NCBI GenBank assembly: GCA_041500125.1
Contig: JBGQLP010000004.1
Span: 9,332 to 73,331, forward strand
Direction of reading: 5' to 3'
Source: Gemmatimonadota bacterium
GTDB taxonomy: Bacteria; Gemmatimonadota; Gemmatimonadetes; Gemmatimonadales; GWC2-71-9
Length of the DNA stretch: 64,000 nt
Position 1 is the first letter of the stretch; each line of letters opens with the position of its first letter. A model generated the notes under the pieces. That model did not search any database, was not told where the DNA came from, and saw nothing but the letters and a program-made list of their open reading frames with translations. Position numbers and translations under genes: made by a program. Positions 17,548-25,531 of the stretch are shown here, piece by piece.

Positions 17548-19058
17548 GGCGGTTCCGAACGCTGGCGTGGGTGATCGCGGTCGCGGGGTGCGCGGGCAAC
17601 GCGCCGCCCCCCATTCCGCTCAACCCGGTTCGTTTCTTATCCATCAACGATGTGTACGTCGCCGACACTCTGGCCGACGATCGCGGCGGGCTGGCACGGG
17701 TCGCGACGGTCAGAAAGCGCCTGGCCGATCAGGGGCCGATCGTATTCGTGCTCGCCGGCGACGTACTCAGTCCCAGCCTTACCAGTAAGTATTATCGGGG
17801 CCGGCAGATGATCGAGGCGCTGAACGCGGCTAAGCTCAACTACGCCACGTTCGGCAACCACGAGTTCGACTTCGACGCCGACACCCTCCTCGCGCGGATC
17901 GCCGAGTCCGATTTCAAGTGGATCTCCAGCAACTGTACCCGGCCTGACGGCACGCCCTTTCCCAAGGTGCTCCCCTGGGACACGCTGAGAGTCTCGGGGC
18001 ACAAGGTGGGATTGTTCGGGCTAACCCTGGAGGACACCTACCCGAGCTATGTGCGGTGCTCCAATCCCGATACCGCGGCGCACCGGGTCATCGAGACGCT
18101 GAGCTCGGAAGGCGCCGATCTCATCGTGGGTCTGACCCACCAAACCATGGACGCGGACCGCAACCTGCTGGGCCGAGAATCGAAGCTCGATCTGATCCTC
18201 GGCGGCCACGAGCACGAGGCCCAGGACTCCGTCGTGTCCGGTCGTCACGCGGTCAAGGCTGACGCCGACGCCAAAACCGCCCAGTTCGTCACCCTGTGGG
18301 GCGGCAAGGGCAACTGGCGCCAGGCCGTTGGCCTGGTCGTGATCAACGGCGCGCTCCCTGCGGATACTGCCGTGGCCAAAGTGGTGGCCCAGTGGGGCGA
18401 CAGCCTGCAGCGTCAGCTGGGCCCGGCACGCCCGGTCGGCCGAACAGCGGTCTGGATCGGTCCCTCGAACGGAGTGTCCCGGCGCAAGGAGTCGGTGCTG
18501 GGTGACCTGGTCACCGACGCCATGCGAGCGGGCACCGGCGCCGATGTCGCGCTGCTCAACTCGGGCACGCTCCGGCTGGATCATCCCATTCAGCCGGGCC
18601 CCATCACCAATCATGAGCTGGAGGCGATCTTTCCCTTTGCCGACCAGACCCGGGTGATCACCTTCCCGCTGACCGGTGCCCGGCTGAGGCATCTGTTGGA
18701 GCATGGGGTTTCGGAGACAACCCTCGGCACGGGAGGATTTCTCCAGGTGTCGGGCCTGACGTTCACGTACGACCCTCACCGTCCCTCGGGGACCCGGGTC
18801 GTGGGCGATCTCCACCGGGCCAACGGCAAGGTGGTCGCCCCGGGAGATACCGTCACCGCGGCGTTCGGCGTCTACATGGCGTGCGAGGGGGGAGATGGGT
18901 ATTCGGTGCCCGAGGCGGAATCTGCCTGCGGCCAGAGGCTCTCTGCCCCCAGGGCGGTGGACCTGCTCACCCGATACATCACCGACTCATTGGCAGGGCG
19001 GATCGACGCACCCAAGGATGCCCGGGTGGTGGAGGCCAAAACGACAAATCCCGGCTGA
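17544..19058 (+). CDS. 5'-nucleotidase / metallophosphoesterase lipoprotein
   Basis: ORF 17241..19058 trimmed to GTG 17544 (GTGA overlap with the HD gene stop, GAGAGGTGGA upstream). Signal plus lipobox VAGC. Motifs GDVLSPS, GNHEFD, GGHEHE. 5'-nucleotidase C-terminal domain. Confidence 0.85.
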   Translation: MRRFRTLAWVIAVAGCAGNAPPPIPLNPVRFLSINDVYVADTLADDRGGLARVATVRKRLADQGPIVFVLAGDVLSPSLTSKYYRGRQMIEALNAAKLNYATFGNHEFDFDADTLLARIAESDFKWISSNCTRPDGTPFPKVLPWDTLRVSGHKVGLFGLTLEDTYPSYVRCSNPDTAAHRVIETLSSEGADLIVGLTHQTMDADRNLLGRESKLDLILGGHEHEAQDSVVSGRHAVKADADAKTAQFVTLWGGKGNWRQAVGLVVINGALPADTAVAKVVAQWGDSLQRQLGPARPVGRTAVWIGPSNGVSRRKESVLGDLVTDAMRAGTGADVALLNSGTLRLDHPIQPGPITNHELEAIFPFADQTRVITFPLTGARLRHLLEHGVSETTLGTGGFLQVSGLTFTYDPHRPSGTRVVGDLHRANGKVVAPGDTVTAAFGVYMACEGGDGYSVPEAESACGQRLSAPRAVDLLTRYITDSLAGRIDAPKDARVVEAKTTNPG

Positions 19059-19243
19059 GCTGAGTGCTCGCCGGGACCGGAGCTTTAGCAGTTTTAATCA
19101 CCCAGGCTGCAAAGCCAAAATCCCTGGGGCCCCAAAGGGCTATGTCCCTCAATTGCTTGCTGAAGGAATGTAATCGGCACCCGGCTGCGGCACAACCCAC
19201 CTAAACGCCTCCCCCCAGCCTCGGGGTGCGAGTATTATAGCAC

Positions 19244-20578
19244 ATGGGTTTAACTCCTCACCCATCGCTCGCCACACTACCCAGCGCCTTTGCAGCCGCC
19301 TGCCGGCTCTCCCGGACCGAGGGGGAGCTGTTCGAGCGCTGCCGGATCGCGCTGGTTCGTCGATTCCAGAGCGAACGGATCTGGCTCAACCTGGTCTCCC
19401 CGGCCGATTCCGTCCGCCGGGTGGGCCCGGGGACGGGGTACGAGGACGCCGTCGAGGTAGCCCGTCTGGCCAGCGGCCAGACCGAGGTCATCATCCACGC
19501 CGACCCTTTGGTCGCCCAGGAGATGCGCCCGGTGGCCATGTCGCTGGCCCTGGGCCTGAGCGTGGTCCTGGAGCTACGCAGCATCCTCCTGGAGCGACAG
19601 GCGGCGCTGGATGATGCCGTCTTCCAGCTCCGAGCTCTCCGGCAAGTGGCTCGCCTGCTCTCATCGGTGCATTCGACCGAAGAGACCGAGCAGCTCATCC
19701 TGGATTTCATGGCCGAGGTCTTCTTTGCCTGGTGGGCCTGCCTCTATCGGCCGCAAGGCGAAAGCTACACCCCCAGCGTGTTTCGCTCGCTCAACGACCG
19801 GCTGCGGCCGGCGCCGATTGACCGCATCACCCTGGACCAGGCGCTACCGCCGGGGAGCACTGCCATCGGCGGTGACGATGTCTCGGTGGCGGATCTGGTC
19901 GGGCCGGGGGCCGAGCTGGTGGTCCCGCTCGACGCGGGGCCCGAGCGAATGGCCGTGCTGGTGCTGGGATCGCGCATCAGCGACAAGCTGTATGGCCGGG
20001 CCGAATCGGAGCTCGCCGGGACTCTCTCCTTTGCGGCGGCGATCGCGCTCAAGAACTCCGAGCTGGTCGAGCAGCTCCACAGCGCCGCCACCACCGACGA
20101 GCTGACCGGGCTGTGCAATCGACGAGCCCTGGAAGACCGGCTCGCCGCGGAAATCTCCCGCAGCCTGAGGCATCAGCTCCACACCAGTGTGCTCCTCCTC
20201 GATCTCGACCGTTTCAAGGTGGTCAACGACACCATGGGTCACGCCGCCGGCGACCGCCTCCTGGTGCAGGTGGGCCAGGTGCTGCGGCGGCAGTGCCGGG
20301 CGCTCGACGTGGTTGGACGGCTGGGTGGGGATGAGTTTCTGGTGATTCTGCCGATGACCAAGCCCGCGGAAGCCCGGGTGTTCGTGGCGCGAGTGCAGGC
20401 CAGCCTGCGGGAGATCGAGAAGACCAACCCGGAATTCGGCGCCTGCACCCTGAGCATGGGAATTGCCGAATCGCCCCAGCACGGTACCACGGTCAGCAGC
20501 GTCCTGGCGGCGGCGGACAACGCCCTCTATCGCGCCAAGCGCGGCGGCAGGAACACAGTCGAGGTCGCGGAGGCCTAG
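19244..20578 (+). CDS. Diguanylate cyclase (GGDEF) with N-terminal GAF-like sensor region
   Basis: DELTGLCNRRALEDRL, LLLDLDRFKVVND, GRLGGDEFLVIL. I-site RALD lies 5 residues before GGDEF. Confidence 0.9.
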   Translation: MGLTPHPSLATLPSAFAAACRLSRTEGELFERCRIALVRRFQSERIWLNLVSPADSVRRVGPGTGYEDAVEVARLASGQTEVIIHADPLVAQEMRPVAMSLALGLSVVLELRSILLERQAALDDAVFQLRALRQVARLLSSVHSTEETEQLILDFMAEVFFAWWACLYRPQGESYTPSVFRSLNDRLRPAPIDRITLDQALPPGSTAIGGDDVSVADLVGPGAELVVPLDAGPERMAVLVLGSRISDKLYGRAESELAGTLSFAAAIALKNSELVEQLHSAATTDELTGLCNRRALEDRLAAEISRSLRHQLHTSVLLLDLDRFKVVNDTMGHAAGDRLLVQVGQVLRRQCRALDVVGRLGGDEFLVILPMTKPAEARVFVARVQASLREIEKTNPEFGACTLSMGIAESPQHGTTVSSVLAAADNALYRAKRGGRNTVEVAEA

Positions 20579-20584
20579 CCGACA

Positions 20585-21130
20585 ATGTCGCAATCGGAGT
20601 TTACCCTGCTGGGTGACGCGCTCTGGCTGGACTTCGTGAACACCGCCCGGGGCCGCACGCCTCTCCCGCCTGACCTCCTGCCCGACGGGGCCGCGATGGA
20701 GCGCTGGGCGCTGGCCCAGAGTCTCCATACCAACGGTGATTCCCTCCTCCTGCTGGATGTTCTGCGACTGCGGGACCGGCTCACGCTCTTGGCCGAGGCG
20801 CTGCACGGAGGACTGCAGCCTCCCGCGGGTTCGATTGCAGCCATCAACGAACAGCTCGCCCGGGGTGACGGGTGCCACCAGCTCACCCGAGTGGGAGGCG
20901 GGTGGCAGCTGCGGTTTGCCCCCATCCGGCGACCGGGGCTGCTGGAGGCAATCGCGCAATCTGCGGCGTCCAGCCTGGCCAATCCCTTGCTCTTCGTCCG
21001 CCGCTGCGCCGGCGACGGCTGCTCCCTCTTTTTCGCCGACGACTCCCCCAATCAGAGCCGGCGCTGGTGCAGCGCGACGGTCTGCGGCCGGGAGGTCAGA
21101 GTCGAGCGACGCCGCGGGCTCCTGCGCTGA
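20585..21130 (+). CDS. CGNR zinc-finger domain protein (ABATE + zf-CGNR)
   Basis: 181 aa. C-terminal RRCAGDGCSLFFADDSPNQSRRWCSATVCGREVRV. Confidence 0.85.
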   Translation: MSQSEFTLLGDALWLDFVNTARGRTPLPPDLLPDGAAMERWALAQSLHTNGDSLLLLDVLRLRDRLTLLAEALHGGLQPPAGSIAAINEQLARGDGCHQLTRVGGGWQLRFAPIRRPGLLEAIAQSAASSLANPLLFVRRCAGDGCSLFFADDSPNQSRRWCSATVCGREVRVERRRGLLR

Positions 21131-22881
21131 CCGCGACGGAGCCGCTTCGCTACTTCCAACGCACCCAGGACGCGTTGGGCGCCCGCTATCGGCTGGAGCG
21201 GACCGTGGCCGCGACGTCCGAGCAGGTTCTCTTCGAGGCCCACGACCAGATCCTGAAGCGCCGGGTCAGCCTCCGGGTGAACTTCTACTCCGAGGCCGCC
21301 ACCCGCGCCTGGTTTCTCCGGGAAGCGGAAGCACTGGGCCGGCTGGATCACCCCGCCATCCGCCATGTCTACGATGCGGGCATCATCGGCGATCTGGCCT
21401 ACCGGGTGGGCAACTGGATTGACGGGGAAGGCCTGCAACAGGCGCTGCATCGGGGGCCGCGTCCCATCCCCATGGTGCACAGCCTTGCCCGGGACATCCT
21501 GAGCGCGCTGGAGCACGCGCATGGCTACGGCATCATCGTCCGGCGCATCGTTCCACCTTCGGTGCTGCTGAGCACGGCAGGCCGGGGGACGGTGACCGAT
21601 CTGCGCTTCTGCAGTTATGTGCTGCCCGCCATCCCCCCCGGCATCGTGCCGGCGGCACTGAGCTATATGGCCCCCGAGGTGCGGAATGGGGCGCCCGGCG
21701 ACGCCACCAGCGACGTGTACACCGCAGGGGCCTTGCTCTACGTCGCGGTCACTGGACAGGAGCCGGCCCTCGATCCGAGCGCCGTTCGACGGCCAACCGA
21801 ACTGAGGCCGGCCTGTCCCCGCGCGCTCGAGCGCATCATTCTCCGGGCGCTGCAGCCGGCTCAGGACGACCGCTACCTCACCGCAGCGGAGATGCTGGAG
21901 GACTTCCTGTCCGATGCAGGCACCTTCGAGACCCCGGCCGTGGCGGTGAGCCCGGGCTCGCTGGCAGACGCGGAGGATAATGCCCGCTGGGAAAAACGGC
22001 TGCGCCGGGCGCTGGGCGACGACTACGAGCTGCTCAGCCTGCTCGGCACCGGCGGATTCGGCCGGGTGTACCGGGTGCGGGACCTCCAGCTGGAACGAAT
22101 GGTGGCGCTCAAGGTGCTGCAGCCGCTCCTGACCCGCGATCCCGAGGTCGTCGAACGATTCCGGCGGGAAGCTCAGCTGGCGGCGGGGTTGAGCCATCCC
22201 AACATCGTGAACATCTACGACATCGCCGGGCGCTCCGGACTGCTCTGGTACACGATGGAACTGATCAACGGGCCGAGCCTGGCCCAGCTGGTCGAGCGGG
22301 AAGGACCGCTTCCTCTCGATCGGGTGCTGCGGCTGCTGCGGGAGGCGCTCTCCGCCCTGGCTCACGCGCACGGGTCGGGCCTCGTGCACCGCGATATCAA
22401 ACCGGAGAATATGCTCATCGACCAGACCGGGAGCCTGCAGATCACGGACTTTGGGCTCGCCCTCGCGCTCCGGGGAAAGTACGGCGGCGCCACCAGCCAG
22501 AGCGGGACGCCCCAGTTCGCCAGCCCGGAGCAGCTCCTGGGAGAGCGGGTGGATCAGCGGTCCGATCTCTACAGCCTGGCCGCGGTGGCATACTACGCCC
22601 TGCTGGGAACCGCGCCGTTCCCAGGGATGACGGTAGAGCAGGTGTTGGCCAAGCAAACTACCAACCAGTTTCCCACCTCGCGGGGGCAGCGGGACGACGT
22701 GAGCGAGGCGCTGGAGCAGGTGCTCGACCGGGCCCTGAGCGCGGACGTGGATCAGCGCTACTCCTCGGCGGCGGAATTCCTCCAGGCGGTGAACCAGGCG
22801 ACGGGCAGTCCAGCACGAGAGCCCGTGGCCGATTGGGCTCGGGCGGCGGCCCGCTGGTTCCGCGGCTCCCCCCTTGACTAA
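21067..22881 (+). CDS. Tandem pseudokinase-kinase Ser/Thr protein kinase
   Basis: First domain is degenerate: G-loop AATSEQ, VSLRV for VAxK, VRRIVPPS for HRDxKPxN, DLR for DFG. Second domain is intact: GTGGFGRVY, VALKV, HRDIKPEN, DFG, SPE. Start uncertain (GTG 21067 in frame; alternatives CTG 21127, TTG 21175). Confidence 0.85.
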   Translation: MQRDGLRPGGQSRATPRAPALTATEPLRYFQRTQDALGARYRLERTVAATSEQVLFEAHDQILKRRVSLRVNFYSEAATRAWFLREAEALGRLDHPAIRHVYDAGIIGDLAYRVGNWIDGEGLQQALHRGPRPIPMVHSLARDILSALEHAHGYGIIVRRIVPPSVLLSTAGRGTVTDLRFCSYVLPAIPPGIVPAALSYMAPEVRNGAPGDATSDVYTAGALLYVAVTGQEPALDPSAVRRPTELRPACPRALERIILRALQPAQDDRYLTAAEMLEDFLSDAGTFETPAVAVSPGSLADAEDNARWEKRLRRALGDDYELLSLLGTGGFGRVYRVRDLQLERMVALKVLQPLLTRDPEVVERFRREAQLAAGLSHPNIVNIYDIAGRSGLLWYTMELINGPSLAQLVEREGPLPLDRVLRLLREALSALAHAHGSGLVHRDIKPENMLIDQTGSLQITDFGLALALRGKYGGATSQSGTPQFASPEQLLGERVDQRSDLYSLAAVAYYALLGTAPFPGMTVEQVLAKQTTNQFPTSRGQRDDVSEALEQVLDRALSADVDQRYSSAAEFLQAVNQATGSPAREPVADWARAAARWFRGSPLD

Positions 22882-22957
22882 AAACGGTCGCTATACAGAT
22901 TTGTCCCCGCGATTTGGTCACTACCTGAAGGCTGACCTACCGGTGTAACGGCACTCA

Positions 22958-22996
22958 GAGACCCGGCTGCATCGCGGCGGGTCTTTTCATTTTTTA
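22958..22996 (+). terminator. Intrinsic terminator after the kinase gene
   Basis: GACCCG-gctgcatcgcgg-CGGGTC followed by TTTTCATTTTTT. Confidence 0.6.
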
Positions 22997-23082
22997 TGAC
23001 GCAGGACGGGCCTGCGCTCATAAAAACTCGGCGTTCCGGACAGCCCGGCGCCGGCGCAGGCAATAAACATGGAGTAGGCGCA

Positions 23083-23295
23083 ATGGCTCGCACCATCGGC
23101 ACGGTGAAGTGGTTCAACGACGCAAAGGGTTTTGGTTTCATCACCCCGGAGAATGGGGACAAGGACTGTTTTGTCCATCACACCGCCATCAAGGCGGAAG
23201 GCTTCCGCAGCCTTTCCGAGGGCGACCGGGTTGAGTTCGACATCGTGCAGGGTGCGAAGGGCCCCGCCGCAGAGAACGTGACCAAGGTGAAATAG
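23083..23295 (+). CDS. cspA: Cold-shock protein (CspA family)
   Basis: ORF 22996..23295 trimmed to ATG 23083 (GGAGTAGG upstream). [36 protein letters not shown] (RNP1/RNP2 motifs). 70 aa. Confidence 0.95.
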   Translation: MARTIGTVKWFNDAKGFGFITPENGDKDCFVHHTAIKAEGFRSLSEGDRVEFDIVQGAKGPAAENVTKVK

Positions 23296-23363
23296 GGCGC
23301 ACCTCCTCGTGCGCCTGGTCTAAAACCAAACGGGCCGCTCTCAACGAGCGGCCCATTTGGTTT
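23296..23363. terminator. Two hairpins after cspA, the second a bidirectional-type terminator
   Basis: GCGCAC-ctcctc-GTGCGC, then AAAACCAAACGGGCCGCTC-tcaac-GAGCGGCCCATTTGGTTT (A-run before, T-run after). Confidence 0.6.
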
Positions 23364-23447
23364 GGTCTAGGGTCTAGCCGTCTAGGGCCTAGCAGTAGTA
23401 GACGTCTTTATTTAGACGTCCTTCCTAGACGTTTGACCTAGACCCTA
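23364..23447. repeat. Family C CTAG-rich heptad palindrome
   Basis: GGTCTAG GGTCTAG CCGTCTAG GGCCTAG CAGTAG TAGACGTC ... TAGACGTCC ... CTAGACG ... CCTAGACCCTA. Six CTAG in about 85 nt. The infA stop (TAG 23447..23445) is the first unit of the minus-strand arm. Confidence 0.6.
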
Positions 23448-23663
23448 TTTGTGTCTATAAATCACCCGTCCTCGCGTCAGATCATACGGCGACAACACCA
23501 CGCTCACCCGGTCGCCCTCCAATACCCGAATCTTGAACTTGCTCATCTTTCCGGCCGCATAGGCCAGAATCTCGTGCCCGTTCTCCAACATCACCCGGTA
23601 GTTCCGGTCAGGCAAGACCTCGGTCACCACCCCTTCCATCTCGATTCCTTCTTCTTTGGCCAT
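23445..23663 (-). CDS. infA: Translation initiation factor IF-1
   Basis: ORF 23445..23678 trimmed to ATG 23663. [40 protein letters not shown]... 72 aa, S1-like fold. Confidence 0.95.
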   Translation of the reverse strand: MAKEEGIEMEGVVTEVLPDRNYRVMLENGHEILAYAAGKMSKFKIRVLEGDRVSVVLSPYDLTRGRVIYRHK

Positions 23664-23754
23664 CCAGTATCTCCACAAGAATTACCGGGAATCCTGGTAC
23701 CCGGAGGGCCAGGAGGAAGGAAGCGCTTCAATCTTGCCGCACCAGCGGCGGGAA

Positions 23755-25467
23755 TCAACTGCGGGGGAGCTCCGCCCGGACTTGCGCGATGTGGCTCTCC
23801 ACCAGCTGGACCAGCTCTCCGATGGCATCGGCGTCGAAGGTGAGCTGGGCACCGGCGGTGCGGTAGATCTCCGGAAGGCTGTGAACGGCACCCAGTCCCA
23901 GCGCTCTGCGGTAGCGGGCGACGGCACCCCGAGGATCCTTCAGGCTGTTGCGCCAGATTTGCAGTGCACCGATCTGGGCAATGCCGTACTCGATATAGTA
24001 GAAAGGGTACATGAAGATGTGGAGCTGCCGGTACCAGCGGGCCACCCGCTCCTGCTCCAGCCCACTCCAGTCCACTCCTCGCTCGAACCGGCTCCTCAGC
24101 CGGAGCCAGGCCTGGTCTCTCGCGGAGGGATCGTCGCCCTGACCGCTGGTGTAGATCCAGGTCTGGAACGCATCAACCGACGCGATATGGGCCAGGCTGA
24201 TGAGCACATCTTCGAGGTGTTCGAGCCAGGCCCGTCGGGCATCGTCCGAGCTGAAGTATCCGGTCGGCTCCGCCAGATAAGGCGCCGCGAGAAACTCCAT
24301 GGACATGGAGGCCAGCTCGGCGGCCTCGGACCCGGGGTGACGTTGCCAGATGAGAGGAAGGGGGTGGGAAGCAAAGGCGTGGAAGGCGTGCCCCGCCTCG
24401 TGAAGCAAGGTCATGACGTCTTCCACCAGCCCTACCGCGTTCATGAAGATGAAAGGCCTGCCGTGAAAGTGCAGGGTCTCGCAGTATCCCCCCGGCGCCT
24501 TGCCCTTCCGGCTCTCCAGATCCAGCAGACCCTCGTCGATCATGGTCTGGAATTCGCCCCCGAATGCGGGGTCCACCCGCTCGAACACCTGCTTGGCTTT
24601 GTTGACCAGCTCGCCGGCGTCGGCGAAGGCCCGCAGCGGCTTGTCCCGGTAAGGATCCACCGAAAGATCCCAAGGGCGGAGCACATCCACACCGAGCTGT
24701 CGGCGCCGGGCCTCCAGTACCCGTTCGACCGCCGGAGCGACCCAGCGCTCGATGGCCTCGTGAAAGCGCTCACAGTCCGCCGGCGTGTAGTCGAAGCGGA
24801 ACTTGGCGGGAAAGACGTAGTCCCTGAAGTTGGCAAAGCCCGCGTTCCGGGCGGCCTGGGTACGAAGCTCGTACATCCGGTTGAAGAGACCGGCCAGCTC
24901 TCCACGCTTCTGAACGTACGGCTGGCTGCCGGCGCGGAACGCTCGCTCCCGAACCGCCCGGTCGGGGCTCTTGAGAAAAGGCTGCAGCTGGGGCAGCGGC
25001 CGTTCCACCCCATCCCACTCGACGGTCATCGATCCGGTGATGCGCTGGTACCGGGTGCTGTGCTCCTCCAGCTCCGCGAAGATGGGGACGTTCTCATCGC
25101 GGAAGATCTCGATCTGAGTGCGGAAGCGCGCCAGCGTGGTGGACAGCGCCGGCGTGGAATAGCCCGACTCCACCAGCCTCCGAGCCAATTCCACGCTTCG
25201 CTCCTCCATCCGAGGGAGAACCTCGGTGGAGAATCGAAGGTGATCGGCCTCCTTTTCCTGGTTCCCGGTCTCGACCGTGTAGGCGATCATGGCCCGCGCG
25301 GCGGCTTCGGTAACCAGCTCCTCCAGCCGGGACCACTCGCGCAGCCATCCAGGGATCGTGGCGGGCTCCAGTGGCCGCGCGGCGAGATCGTCGAAGTAGG
25401 GGGCAACGTCTCCCCAGGTCGCCTTGGCAAAGGCTGCAGGAGACGGGGGCAAAAGAGACACGGTCAC
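23755..25467 (-). CDS. pepF: Oligoendopeptidase F family (M3B) metallopeptidase
   Basis: HEAGHAFH zinc motif. ORF 23755..25596 trimmed to the GTG at codon 44 (25467), which has AGGAG 5 nt upstream. N-terminus VTVSLLPPSPAAFAKATWGD. Confidence 0.85.
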   Translation of the reverse strand: MTVSLLPPSPAAFAKATWGDVAPYFDDLAARPLEPATIPGWLREWSRLEELVTEAAARAMIAYTVETGNQEKEADHLRFSTEVLPRMEERSVELARRLVESGYSTPALSTTLARFRTQIEIFRDENVPIFAELEEHSTRYQRITGSMTVEWDGVERPLPQLQPFLKSPDRAVRERAFRAGSQPYVQKRGELAGLFNRMYELRTQAARNAGFANFRDYVFPAKFRFDYTPADCERFHEAIERWVAPAVERVLEARRRQLGVDVLRPWDLSVDPYRDKPLRAFADAGELVNKAKQVFERVDPAFGGEFQTMIDEGLLDLESRKGKAPGGYCETLHFHGRPFIFMNAVGLVEDVMTLLHEAGHAFHAFASHPLPLIWQRHPGSEAAELASMSMEFLAAPYLAEPTGYFSSDDARRAWLEHLEDVLISLAHIASVDAFQTWIYTSGQGDDPSARDQAWLRLRSRFERGVDWSGLEQERVARWYRQLHIFMYPFYYIEYGIAQIGALQIWRNSLKDPRGAVARYRRALGLGAVHSLPEIYRTAGAQLTFDADAIGELVQLVESHIAQVRAELPRS

Positions 25468-25531
25468 GATGACTCCTCGTTTCTGGAACTTTGACCGACA
25501 AGTCCCAGATATAACGACGGTCCGGCGGCGG

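Noticed and set aside
20872-21066. N-terminal 65 codons of the ORF-track kinase ORF
   Set aside because: This stretch lies inside the CGNR gene in another frame and translates to Arg/Pro-rich sequence. A kinase-like N-terminus only begins near TEPLRYFQRTQDALGARYRLE.
21052-22656. 534-aa minus-strand ORF
   Set aside because: Antisense to the tandem kinase gene, whose second domain carries every Hanks motif. No motifs in the antisense product.
23656-25494. 612-aa plus-strand ORF
   Set aside because: It is antisense to the pepF gene, which has an unambiguous HEAGH M3 motif. The product is Arg/Gly/Pro/Leu-rich with no motifs, typical of a high-GC shadow ORF.
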